This document shows, piece by piece, positions 1-10,615 of a stretch of 64,000 bases of DNA. The stretch comes from Amphiscolops sp. MND2022 (taxonomy: Eukaryota). Position 1 is the stretch's first letter, and the number at the start of each line of letters is the position of its first letter. The translations under genes were made by a program, and so were the position numbers. The stretch spans positions 74,526,001-74,590,000 of the forward strand of contig OZ076409.1 in NCBI GenBank assembly GCA_964187785.1, given 5' to 3'. The notes under the pieces are model-generated. The model was not told the DNA's origin and made no database searches. It saw nothing but the letters and a program-made list of their open reading frames with translations.

Positions 1-2
1 GT

Positions 3-2372
3 CACCTAATCGAAGAAAGAGGAAGTTTTACCGGCATCAGCAGTAGCACTCTTCAATTCCCCACGTTTCTAGAAAGTTCAACTCCATTGAACGACCTTTC
101 CGAGTTTGTTATTTCAAAAGGACGTTCCGATGTCTACCCCCTGGTCGATTACTTTTTAGAAAACAATATTGTTGATCAAAATTTTGCTGACTTCTTGTTC
201 AACAGTACCCTCAATCTCAGCCAAAATGAAATTGCAGCTGCAATTTCTGATTCAACGAATGTGTCTCTTTACGACGCTTTCAAGTTGCAGATGCATTTGA
301 ATGAGAACCAGAATACTGAAGAACTGGAGATTTCTTTCCCCGTCTACGCACACAATCTCGGAAAAAACTCTGAATATGGATGTGTGCCACCACGTGTTTT
401 CTCATCTGGAGCCATCGCAATTGTCTTTGAAGGATTAGGTCGTTTTACGGCTTCATTTCTTCCGAGTTTGCTCAAGTCTGATATTGACTCTCTTCGCCAG
501 CTTTCTCAAAAATTCTGCAATCTTTTGTTTTTGACGGGGTCATCTAGACGTCGGATTCGCGCCGCCAAAGCTAAGGTTTCGATAATTGCTGAAAACATCA
601 CTGAGCAACTTTCTGACAACTCTTCATCATTGAATAGCTTCTTCGAGTATCTGGTTGCTGGAAATTTAACTGCCTTCAAAGTGCCATCTCGTTCGTTCAC
701 AAGTCTTCCCCCGACTGCTACAAACTCTGTCGATGGGCCGCTTTTTGTTTTTGCTCCCTCCCGGTCAGAGCGTGATTGTATTATACCACCAGATACTTTG
801 ACACATAATTCGAAGATTTATCAACTTGTCTTCTTGAGCAAAAAGTTTTGGAATGCTGAATTTTACTGCCGCCATCAAAGAATTAATTCTGCATGGTTCG
901 AGTCTTTTTCGTGTTTGAATTCGTTTACAGAGACCAGTTTTGGTAACTTCTACGATTTCGCAGCAAAAGGAACTTGGGATGTTGCTGTCTACGAGAAGCA
1001 GGATTCGTCTGATAGCCAAACGATGCTTAGAAGCTTTTTGAAAAGTATCGGGGGTCAGAACAACCTATCATGCGGAAGACACAATTGTCTATTGATTCAA
1101 AGGAATCCATCGGATACATTGACTTGCTTCAACACTTCATGCAGGAAAAAAGCCAAATGGGTATGCCCAAAAGTCGATTGCAATACTGGGGTGTGCAAAC
1201 AACACTCTGAAGACCTGATAAACGGTTCTTCAATGTGTGCGGTTACAAGTAATAAAGAACGAACTGTTCCACTTTTCCCAGAGGAATTTCAAAACCAAAA
1301 TGATAATAGTTTGGACAACGTAGCAAATAATGAACCTAACAGTCTTGAGTTACAACCTGAGTTAGACCTAATTTTTGAACCAGACAACTACTTGACCATG
1401 TCTGTTGACACATCAGATCAGACCCTTCCATTATCGTCCAATTCTGGTGTTCCTTTTGTCTCGTACTTCACTGAAGAAACCCACACGAAACGAGTACCTA
1501 CAAAAGTACTACTCAACAATTACTTGAATGTTCTTCAACGCTCCAAAGTACCTATTTGGACAACCAACGCCCACAAAAACTTTCTGCAGAGCATTGTAAG
1601 CAGAATTCCCAATACTTCTGCCCCACTTTTATACCCAGAAGCTCTCTTGTTCCCCAGTATTTTTTGGAAGCAACAAGAAGATGGCTCCTATGCAGGTGCT
1701 CTTCCATCCTGCCTACTCCAGTCAGACAAACTGAATACCAAACTTGGATTTGCAACTGTTTCGAAACATCTCTGGAACAGACTAACGAATGGGAGCTTGC
1801 TTACATCGAGCAGTATCGGCTATGCAAGTTTTGCTTTTGACATCAAAATGAACCAAGAGCTCAATAGAAGTCATAGCAACTACATTGTGTTCAAAAGAGG
1901 TTTTGAAGATTACTTGGGTGCAGATGAGGCCTTGAAGCTCCCCAATTGTGCCATCAAATGGGATGGACTCGACAGCTCGAAGAGGGTCCAAGAAGTTGCA
2001 GCTGCCTGTGCTGAAGAAAGCCCTCACTATTTTTTTACACTAACGTGTTCAATGGCGGGACAATTTGGTGTTCGACCACTCTTTGAGGCCATAAACGAAA
2101 TCTATGCTAACGAGAACAAGGATGTTTATGAAGCAGTTGTTCAAAGTTTCATGGGCATGTTTGTACGTATGTGGGAAAGGATGTCTTCTGTTGTGATGGA
2201 GTACATTGAAAAGTCCAGCGAAAGGCCATTGGGAGAGGTATTACGAATTTGGTGGAGATATGAATTTCAGACGAGTCAAGGCAATTTGCCTCATATCCAC
2301 TGCTTACTTTGGGTCAATGAACTGAAATCGTCAGAGTGCTTCCAAAAAGTGCCAACTGTTGTTCTCTCTTGA
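3..2372 (+). CDS. Helitron RepHel, N-terminal part (Cys/His cluster, Rep motif 1, HUH motif 2); frame open from the window edge
   Basis: The track ORF 87..2372 starts at a non-ATG codon and the frame has no stop back to position 3. It contains YPEALLFPSIFW, YFFTLTC (motif 1, ~2028-2048), YEFQTSQGNLPHIHCLLW (HUH motif 2, ~2259-2312) and the cluster CFNTSCRKKAKWVCPKVDCNTGVCKQH. Confidence 0.85.
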   Translation, partial: HLIEERGSFTGISSSTLQFPTFLESSTPLNDLSEFVISKGRSDVYPLVDYFLENNIVDQNFADFLFNSTLNLSQNEIAAAISDSTNVSLYDAFKLQMHLNENQNTEELEISFPVYAHNLGKNSEYGCVPPRVFSSGAIAIVFEGLGRFTASFLPSLLKSDIDSLRQLSQKFCNLLFLTGSSRRRIRAAKAKVSIIAENITEQLSDNSSSLNSFFEYLVAGNLTAFKVPSRSFTSLPPTATNSVDGPLFVFAPSRSERDCIIPPDTLTHNSKIYQLVFLSKKFWNAEFYCRHQRINSAWFESFSCLNSFTETSFGNFYDFAAKGTWDVAVYEKQDSSDSQTMLRSFLKSIGGQNNLSCGRHNCLLIQRNPSDTLTCFNTSCRKKAKWVCPKVDCNTGVCKQHSEDLINGSSMCAVTSNKERTVPLFPEEFQNQNDNSLDNVANNEPNSLELQPELDLIFEPDNYLTMSVDTSDQTLPLSSNSGVPFVSYFTEETHTKRVPTKVLLNNYLNVLQRSKVPIWTTNAHKNFLQSIVSRIPNTSAPLLYPEALLFPSIFWKQQEDGSYAGALPSCLLQSDKLNTKLGFATVSKHLWNRLTNGSLLTSSSIGYASFAFDIKMNQELNRSHSNYIVFKRGFEDYLGADEALKLPNCAIKWDGLDSSKRVQEVAAACAEESPHYFFTLTCSMAGQFGVRPLFEAINEIYANENKDVYEAVVQSFMGMFVRMWERMSSVVMEYIEKSSERPLGEVLRIWWRYEFQTSQGNLPHIHCLLWVNELKSSECFQKVPTVVLS

Positions 2373-5300
2373 AGACACCTTTCTACAGACAATAGGCCTT
2401 GTTAACGACAGAGACCATGCATTCAGTCTTTATAAAGATGCTGTCAAGATTCAATACCACTCTTGCGCAGCCACAAATTTCAGATGCCATAAAAGAACAA
2501 ACGAAAAAGGGCAGAGTTTTTGTCGCTATCCGGTTTACCCAACAAGCGCAGAGTATCATTTGGAAGAAGTGGATGTCAACCATTCGGAAGAAACTTTTCA
2601 AGTTTTGTCACTTTGCGAACTGGCTAAAGAGAAGATTGGTTATGTCGACACGATGTGTGTTACAGAAGAATTGAAAGCAGGCCAATGGTTCTACCCAAGC
2701 CAAAAAAATCAAAATGTAACACCAATGAATCCACATCTTTTTGTCCTCACAGAATCACAGAACAACCTTCTGATTTGTGACAAGTACCTCTCTGCTCGTT
2801 ATATAGCGAAATATGCTGCTGGAGCAGAGGAGAAGGCTCAAGTTTCAATAACTGCTGGAAAAAATCAGAATGAGTTAAACGTTGATGTCGGAAGCATTCA
2901 AAACAACAAAATCGCAAGCGTCCAACATCGCTTGAGGAAGGAAGAACAACAGCAGCGGAAAGGATCTTGCCAAGCAAAGCACATTTGTATCACTGAATGT
3001 TATTGGCACCTCTTTGATTTGCCTTTTGTCCGATCATCGTTCTCGAGTATTTGCCTGAACACAAATGAAATGGAAAACAGACCAGGAGTAAAACTAACTC
3101 GTCAAAGAAGACGTCTTGCAACCCAAAGCGAGAACCAGTTTACTTCACCTCTAATCACTGTTCGTGACCAATTCCCAATTTGGCGACAGTTCACTGAAAG
3201 TCAAAAGCGGATCATCCAGCTACACTGTGAAAGCAACATTTCTGTGAGTAACATCACTGCTCACAGTGCGCGACCTCCGGAATTGTTGTTCATCAAAAAT
3301 CCTAAACAATATTTTTGGCTTTTTTCACGGGAAACTATTAAGAAACCGACTACGTCTCAGCTTTGCCAACTGCTAAGATCCAATAAAATGGTTTGGATTG
3401 ACGGATTCGGGAAACAAATTTTGATTCGAAGAGACCGTGTCCCTCAATTCCTCGACATTTTGCGAACTTCTACTGAAAGAAGTGCCACGTCTCTCAGAGC
3501 TGCCATTGAAACTGAAGCCGACATGGCCTCTTTAACATCAAAAATCACGGACTCCAGAAGCAATGTAGTAGTGTACTTTTCAAAAATATATCCTTCTGAT
3601 GCAGGAAAGTTCTTGATACACCTCCTTCTTTCCCTGGGCGAATTCGAAACCGAATTTGATCTCTTCAACTGTACAAGTTTATTGGACAGTTTCAAAAAAG
3701 CAGGACTCTGGACAGAATGTTCAGTTCGACAAAACATTTTGAAACTGACGAAGAAGTACATTTTAGAAGAGGCTCAATTTCTGCCGGGCTCTACCAGGAT
3801 GTTTAACAAAAACGTGGTTCAATGTTTTCAAACACTAACAGAGTTTTTTGAAAATGGATCCATTGATTATGTAGAGCTACCTCGCGTTCTTTTATCCTCA
3901 GTGAAAGCAGCTGTCGACGATAAAGTGGAGGTTTTTCTAAAACAGACACGTGTCAACATTGCCAAAGGGTTGATTGCCAGCGGCAAAGTGCCGAATTGTC
4001 CAAGTGAATTGCAAATTGCCCAAGCTACGACTTCGACTTGTGTTCCTTTCTCTCCCACTCTTGCCACTTTGCCAACTCAAACTGCAACCAGCTACGGAAA
4101 GCAAAAAACTGTCCTTGATCAATTCATCAATGCCATTGACCAGTATCTGTCAGGTTCAAAAGTTTTTGTGCCGCATCACTTCGCTCTGGGAAAGCCAGGA
4201 ACTGGCAAGTCCACTATCACTCTCGTGGCCACTTGCTATGCAATGTGCAAAGGACTCTGTTGCATGATCACCACATTGGCCGGTGAGAAAGCTGCCCAGT
4301 TTGGAGGAATGCACCTTCACCGGTTAATTCCCATTCCAGTCAAAACAAGTCTTCCTGTGATGAAGCAAGTAGAATCTACCGTTCAACGACTATACCACGA
4401 CCCACTGAGACTAACGTTTTTGAAGCGATTGGATGTACTGGTAATTGAAGAGGTTGGAATGTTGAACTCTGAGCAGTGGAGTGTTTTGGACCACACTCTT
4501 CGTTTTGTGAACAACTCAAACGTTCCGATGGGTGGTATTTTGGTGTTGGGAAATGGTGACCCGAAACAACTCAGACCTCCTTCAGGACCACTGCTTTGGA
4601 TTTCTCCGATTCTTTATACTAATTTTAAACTGTTTTACCTAGCAGAGTACGTCAGGATGATAGACCCCTTAGGTGCAAGACTCCTAACTTTACTGGATAG
4701 ACTTGAGGTCAGTGATGCCGAAGCAGAGGAAATTGTTGATATTCTGTCCAATAACAGTAGGTTTGTCGAAAAATGGTCGGACATTCGAAACGATGAGGCC
4801 ATTTTGAGAGTTGTACCAACAAAACAAGCGGAAAAGAAATTGGTTAATGAAAAGTACAATCTGATTAGAAGAACAAACAACAATCATTTAACTTTCAACT
4901 CAACCGACGAAGTTTCCAAACGCGGACAAAATCTGTGGTCTAAAACAGAAGACGCCAATTGCATCACACACTTGAATCGAAACTGCCTAGAACCGAACTC
5001 ACTTCTCATATACGAAGGTGCACCGATGAGGATAACTAGAAATATTCAAGACTTACTGGTAACTCAAGGTCAACTGTCTGTAATTAGACAAGTTCCAGAA
5101 GCAGACTCTACTTCACTTGACTTATTTGTTGCACCACCGTGTGTGCGAAGTTTACCACCTGTACAACCTGATGGATCCCGCAATTTTGAACTTTCTGGAT
5201 GGCGAACCGTGAGTGTAAGAAGAATGGAGGGATTGCCGCAGAATTTTAGACACCATTCATCGCTGCGACGAACACAGTTCCCATTAAAACCTTTCCAAGC

Positions 5301-5985
5301 CTCAACAATACATAAATGTATCGGCGACGATGTCCCTCTGCTGGCAACACAGATAGCCACCACTGATCCCTTTGAGCGGAAAATGTTTAAGTTATGGGAG
5401 AAGAACCAGCTGCTTGTTTTGGTGAGTCGTGTTAAAGAACTCAAAGAACTGACGTTTGTGGGAAGTAAATCCGCAACGTTGAAAACAATTAAAGACATTG
5501 CAAGATCCACCAGCCAGTGGGACTATTTTGTTCACGAATTCGTGGAAGCATTGTCGCAACAAGACTTGTCAAAACCCCTTGCAACGTTTCCTGTCTCCCA
5601 ACATATTTACTCAATGTCCTGCCAATCCGTTCCACAAGACAATTGCGCTACAGTGTTCTGCCTGATGTCATTGAAAGACGGAACTATTGCTGTCGCCGCT
5701 TGTACTAACATCAGAAAAACACTGCAACAGAAAAATTCATTCGATGTAACTGAAAACACTTTTACTGGCAACAAAAAACCATGGGCTCTACTGTGTGCTG
5801 CCTTTCACCCAGCTGTGTCCGCCTTAGATGACTCTGTGCGAGCGTTGGAGTGCCATTGGAACAATAGTCTTCCACATGACGAAAAACCCGATCCACCGAA
5901 AATTGTGCGTCTGTTGCAAGAGACCACATTATCATTCACTTGCTTCTATCAAACTATTAACTTTGTTTCCTTTGTAAACCCATGA
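2359..5985 (+). CDS. Helitron RepHel, C-terminal part (Rep motif 3 tyrosines, Pif1/SF1B helicase, degenerate GIY-YIG-like tail); continues ORF1 after a frameshift
   Basis: YLSARYIAKY (YxxKY, ~2785-2814); Walker A GKPGTGKS (~4189-4212); VLVIEEVGML; GDPKQLRP; LAEYVRMID; QFPLKPFQASTIHKCIG; QLLVLVSRV. Confidence 0.88.
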   Translation: MFSLEDTFLQTIGLVNDRDHAFSLYKDAVKIQYHSCAATNFRCHKRTNEKGQSFCRYPVYPTSAEYHLEEVDVNHSEETFQVLSLCELAKEKIGYVDTMCVTEELKAGQWFYPSQKNQNVTPMNPHLFVLTESQNNLLICDKYLSARYIAKYAAGAEEKAQVSITAGKNQNELNVDVGSIQNNKIASVQHRLRKEEQQQRKGSCQAKHICITECYWHLFDLPFVRSSFSSICLNTNEMENRPGVKLTRQRRRLATQSENQFTSPLITVRDQFPIWRQFTESQKRIIQLHCESNISVSNITAHSARPPELLFIKNPKQYFWLFSRETIKKPTTSQLCQLLRSNKMVWIDGFGKQILIRRDRVPQFLDILRTSTERSATSLRAAIETEADMASLTSKITDSRSNVVVYFSKIYPSDAGKFLIHLLLSLGEFETEFDLFNCTSLLDSFKKAGLWTECSVRQNILKLTKKYILEEAQFLPGSTRMFNKNVVQCFQTLTEFFENGSIDYVELPRVLLSSVKAAVDDKVEVFLKQTRVNIAKGLIASGKVPNCPSELQIAQATTSTCVPFSPTLATLPTQTATSYGKQKTVLDQFINAIDQYLSGSKVFVPHHFALGKPGTGKSTITLVATCYAMCKGLCCMITTLAGEKAAQFGGMHLHRLIPIPVKTSLPVMKQVESTVQRLYHDPLRLTFLKRLDVLVIEEVGMLNSEQWSVLDHTLRFVNNSNVPMGGILVLGNGDPKQLRPPSGPLLWISPILYTNFKLFYLAEYVRMIDPLGARLLTLLDRLEVSDAEAEEIVDILSNNSRFVEKWSDIRNDEAILRVVPTKQAEKKLVNEKYNLIRRTNNNHLTFNSTDEVSKRGQNLWSKTEDANCITHLNRNCLEPNSLLIYEGAPMRITRNIQDLLVTQGQLSVIRQVPEADSTSLDLFVAPPCVRSLPPVQPDGSRNFELSGWRTVSVRRMEGLPQNFRHHSSLRRTQFPLKPFQASTIHKCIGDDVPLLATQIATTDPFERKMFKLWEKNQLLVLVSRVKELKELTFVGSKSATLKTIKDIARSTSQWDYFVHEFVEALSQQDLSKPLATFPVSQHIYSMSCQSVPQDNCATVFCLMSLKDGTIAVAACTNIRKTLQQKNSFDVTENTFTGNKKPWALLCAAFHPAVSALDDSVRALECHWNNSLPHDEKPDPPKIVRLLQETTLSFTCFYQTINFVSFVNP

Positions 5986-6424
5986 ACTTTGTTGTTTCTC
6001 TATTTGATTTCCTTGCATGAGTTTGTTGCTGCACAAGTTAGTGCCCCAATGAATAAAAAATAAAAAAACTCTCAGAAAAAATATGATGACAAAACAATGA
6101 AACGGCCGAGAGTTTAAAAAAAAACAGAAACTCATCATTATTAGACAAAAATCTGTTTACAGAAACTGTTCTTTTTTCTACACAAACAAAACGCATCGGA
6201 TGAAACCGAATTAGCAAAACTGTCTTTCCTGCAAAAATTCTATCGCTTTTCAGATTGTTTTTGAACATCTGTCGAATTGCCACGAAGAATTCGGACACCT
6301 AGCTACGGTAAAATGCACTTCGGGACTGGTGTGAGGTTTGTTACTTGGCACTCGCGAGGATTAGAATGCCTGCAACTATCCTACGATCAAAAGGTTTCCA
6401 CAATGTCCTCACTAGAGTCTGTTG

Positions 6425-6471
6425 AACACTGATTGGCTGCCCCCAGCAGCCAATCAGTGTTTTCTGTCTAG
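6425..6471 (+). other. Candidate Helitron 3' terminal signal: perfect 16-bp-stem hairpin plus CTAG
   Basis: AACACTGATTGGCTGC-CCCCA-GCAGCCAATCAGTGTT, then TTCTGT, then CTAG, ~440 bp after the RepHel stop. The base following CTAG is C rather than the canonical T. Confidence 0.55.
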
Positions 6472-6485
6472 CATTTTTCAAACTG

Positions 6486-9027
6486 ATACCATGAAGATAT
6501 TTTCTGCTCTCGTCTTCTCATTGCACTATCGTGTTTTGTGTTATCTGAATCAAAAATTTCTAAATTGCCGTTGATTTTCCATTGGTTTCAAATTTAGTCT
6601 TTGCTCTTTTGTTGGAGTGATTTCGTGGTGCAAGTTGGTCCCTAATTATTATGTGTGAATGATGACATCGCTGGTTGTCTGGCTCTACATAACACTCAAA
6701 CTGTAGGGCACTAACAGCTGCCGGCTCACGTGTCATCAAATACACAGTTTAATTTCGGACCAGTTTTCACACCAAAAGAACTCCATCAATTGACGCTAGG
6801 CTGTGACTCGATTCGACTCCCAGCATTGTGTCGTTTTCCATGTGATGTTTCGTTGTGTGTTACACTTTGTTCGGCTGTTGGTTTCTAGTTACAGCTATGC
6901 TCTTTTGTTGAAATGATTTCGTGGTGCAAATTGGTCCTAAATTATTATGTGTAAATGATGGCATTGCTGGTTGTCTGGCTCGACAGAAAACACAAACTGT
7001 TGGGCGCTAACAGTGGCCGGCTCACATGTCATCAAATACACAGTATAATTACGGACCGGTTTCCACACCGGAAACATTCTGACAATTGATGCTAGGCTGT
7101 CACTCTTGTCGACTCCGAAACTTGTGTTGTTTTGATAAGATCCGTCTTTGTGTGTTACACATTTGTTCGGCTGTTGGGTTCGAGTTACAGCTATGCTCTT
7201 TTGTTGGATTGATTTCGTGGTGCAAAGTGGTCCTAAATTATTATGTGTAAATGATGGCATTGCTGGTTGTCTGGCTCTACATAACACACCACATGTAGGT
7301 CACTAACAGCTGCTGGCTCACGTGTCATCAAGTACATAGAATAATTTCGGACCAGTTTCCACACCGAAAACAATCTATCAACTGATGCTAGGCTGTCACT
7401 CCTGACAACTCCAAACTATATGTCATTTTCCATGAGACCCTTCGGCGTGTGTTCCTTTTTATTTGGTTGTTGGTTTTGGGTTTTGGCTAGGCTCTTTTGT
7501 TGCAAATATTCCGTGGTGAAAGTTGGTCCTAAATTATTATGTGTAAATGATGACATTGCCGGATGTCTGGCTCGACAGAAAACACAACCTGTTGGGCGCT
7601 AACAGTGACCGGCTCACATGTCATCAAATACACATTATAACTTCAGACCGGATTCCACACTGAATTAATTTACATCAATTGTAACTCGGCCATCACTCTT
7701 TTTCAATGTTGCCAAACTACATGAGCAACCTTAAAATATACTAATTTATTGTATCTCAATACCATGAAGACATATTCTGCTCTCGTCTTCTCATTGCACT
7801 ATCGTGTTTTGTGTTATCCGAATCAAAAATTTCCAAATTGCCGTTAATTTTCCATTAGTTTCGAGTTTAGGCTATGCTCTTTTGTTGGAGTGATTTCGTT
7901 GTGCAAGTTGGTCCTAAATTATTATGTGTAAATGATGACATCGCTGGTTGTCTGGCTCTACATAACATTCAAACTGTAGGTCACTAACAGCTGCCGGCTC
8001 ATGTGTCATCAAATACACAGTATACGTTCGGACCAGTTTCTACACCAAAAGAACTCTATCAATTGACGCTAGAATGTCACTCGATTCGACTCCCAGCATT
8101 GTGTCGTTTTCCATGTACTATTTGGTTGTGTGTTACACTTTGTTCGGCTGTTGGTTTCTAGTTACAGCTATGCTCTTTTGTTGGAATGATTTCGTGGTGC
8201 AAACTGGTCCTAAATTATTATGTGTAAATGATGGCATTGCTGGTTGTCTGGCTCGACAGAAAACACAAACTGTTGGGCACTAACAGTGGCCAGCTCACAT
8301 GTCATCAAATACACAGTATAGTTTCGGACGGGTTTCCACACCGAAAACATTCTGACAATTGATGCTAGGCTGTCACTCTTGTCGACTCCGAAACTTGTGT
8401 TGTTTTGATAAGATCCGTCTTTGTGTGTTACACTTTTGTTCGGCTGTTGGTTTCGAGTTACAGCTATGCTCTTTTGTTGGATTGATTTCGAGGTGCAAAT
8501 TGGTCTTAAATTATTATGTGTAAATGATGGCATTGCTGGTTGTCTGGCTCTACATAACACACCACATGTAGGTCACTAACAGCTGCTGGCTCACGTGTCA
8601 TCAAGTACATAGAATAATTTCGGACCAGTTTCCACACCGAAAACAATCTATCAACTGATGCTAGGCTGTCACTCCTGACAACTCCAAACTATGTGTCCAT
8701 GAGACCCTTCGGCGTGTGTTTCTTTTTGTTTGGTTGTTGGTTTTGTGTTTTGGCTAGGCTCTTTTGATGCAAAGATTCCGTGGTGAAAGTTGGTCCTAAA
8801 TTTTTATGTGTAAATGATGACATTGCCGGTTGTCTGGCTCGACAGAAAACACAACCTGTTGGGCGCTAACAGTGACCGGCTCACATGTCATCAAATACAC
8901 ATTATAACTTCAGACCGGATTCCACACCGAATTATATTTACATCAATTGTAACTCGGCCATCACTCTTTTTCAATGTTTCCAAACTACATGAGCAACCTT
9001 AAAATATACTAATTTATTTTATCTCAG
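6486..9027. repeat. Tandem higher-order repeat: 2 x ~1.27 kb, each containing four diverged ~296-bp monomers
   Basis: ATACCATGAAGA restarts at 6486 and 7759 (period 1273). The motif GGTCCTAAATTATTATGTGTAAATGATG...TGTCTGGCTC recurs near 6636, 6933, 7229, 7524, 7910, 8206, 8502 and 8792. Confidence 0.95.
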
Positions 9028-9936
9028 GACCTAGTATGGTATTTGCGTAGCTTCGATTTCATTTGTAAATTCAAAAACTTGCTCCTAAGACACAAATACA
9101 AAATAATAGGGTGTTTTTGAGGCCTAAGTAACCTTGGGATTAAATTGATAATAACGAAGGTTGTCTGGCTCAGTGTTATGTATGAAAAGCCCAAAAACTA
9201 GCTCTGCTCCGTTTCGCCAATGTAGATGATCACTGAGCACTTACAGCTTCCTTATACGAATAACCTAAGACATAAGGTTATAAATTGCATCCGAAGTTCT
9301 TTTGCAAACCTGCGTTGAAATAGTGTAGTTCTAGTAACAACAGCTGATAGCGTCGCTCACACTGTGGTTTCGGATAACACGATGCAAGAAACCGATTGAG
9401 AAGAAAACAAGTCACAGGAGAAACACCAGTTCAAATTATGTCCTAATTGAGAATTTCTTTTTGAATAAACAAATACATTTTTCCAGAAAAAATGAATTTG
9501 ATTTCACAACAAAACAATCATTTAAAAATTTGGTGAATTTGAAATGATATTTTTTGTATTTTTTGCATGAAATTACATTGCTTTCTTCTTCGAATGAAAT
9601 TCATATTAAATATGTTTTTGTTTCTTACCAAACTGGTGTTCCTCATGACGCTTTATCCACTTAAGAATACGATGCTTCAAGAAAATGGGAAATCGAAGAA
9701 AATGGGAAATCGAAGGTAAAAAGTCTCGGATCAACAAATAGCTGCGGCGGTTGTTACAGAGACCGCACTGTTTCCAGCGATGACAACAACTACTACAACT
9801 ACTACGACGTTGACTGCAACAGGTTAGAATTAGGATGTTTCAGTATTTTGGGATGCTTGCTTTGGAGTTGGTATGCATGGGTTGTGTTGTGATTTGTTGT
9901 GTGGTTATGTAGGTGTGCGGGTGATTATGTATTGCT

Positions 9937-9982
9937 TGTGTGTGTGTGTGTGTGTGTGTGTGTTTGGTGCGTGTGTGTGTGT
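9937..9982. repeat. (TG)n microsatellite within a GT-rich low-complexity stretch
   Basis: A pure TG run at 9937-9962 and a second short run to ~9982. Confidence 0.95.
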
Positions 9983-10615
9983 ATGTTGTATGTGTTTGTC
10001 TGATGCGGGAGTGTGGGTATGTGGCTTTATTCAACTTTTCCCTATATTGTTTTCCAAGATTTGACATTTCTATTACTGCATTTTAAATAAAATATTTGGA
10101 TCTTTCAAAGGTCTTTTGCAAAATGATTTCTTTTTACTTTGTTATTCGTTTTTTCTTGAAAAAGAATAATATACTTTCTTTGGAGATACTTCACGAATTT
10201 TCATGTCAACAATCGTAATAAGTGAAATCAACAGAAGTTCTTTATGTATGTCACTTTACATGTTTACAGATTTGGAAAAACAAGATTGTCAATCAAAACT
10301 AGTATCATCTACAACAGAAGGCGAGTTACATTTTTACATGCGGCTCCAAAACCTCAAAATTCTATATTTCAGTTATCAATCTGAACATCGGTTGTTATTA
10401 TAAGTTTATCTTTTAAGACGTTTGTTATACATAAAATATTACGTAACATTTTCCAGAAGTTTGAAACATTCAATAGCTTTTCGAAACAATACATTTCCCT
10501 ATCATACATCAACGCCATATACTAACTTCAACGCACACCGTCTGTAGGCATGCCGAGGCATGCCTTTCGACGACCTATGCCCAATAAATTTAGCCCCGCA
10601 GTCATTCCCGGCTAG

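Larger units (their letters stand above)
1..6471 (+). mobile_element. Helitron-like rolling-circle transposon (autonomous-type, frameshifted; 5' end outside the window)
   Basis: Rep HUH motifs and Pif1-family helicase motifs lie in consecutive overlapping ORFs. A GC-containing hairpin (6425-6461) is followed by CTAG (6468-6471), resembling a Helitron 3' terminus. The right boundary is tentative. Confidence 0.85.

Noticed and set aside
506..5708. Short antisense and alternate-frame ORFs overlapping RepHel
   Set aside because: They are shadow ORFs with no recognisable motifs.
6296..6303. GCTAGGTG on the minus strand, 310 bp after the RepHel stop
   Set aside because: It is in the opposite orientation, has no accompanying head hairpin or core, and one such 8-mer in ~10 kb of double-stranded sequence is plausible by chance.
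6560..9002. Repeated 60-116 aa ORFs in the 296-bp satellite
   Set aside because: The frames are not preserved between monomers and show no protein features.
9741..9827. Thr-rich mini-frame (AAAVVTETALFPAMTTTTTTTTTLTAT) ending at a possible AG|GT donor, plus a 17-bp direct repeat at ~9679-9712
   Set aside because: It could be an isolated host exon, but it is equally explained by an (ACA/ACT)n microsatellite. No other exons can be supported.
9840..10067. ORFs rich in HT or CV dipeptides
   Set aside because: These are translations of the (TG)n microsatellite.
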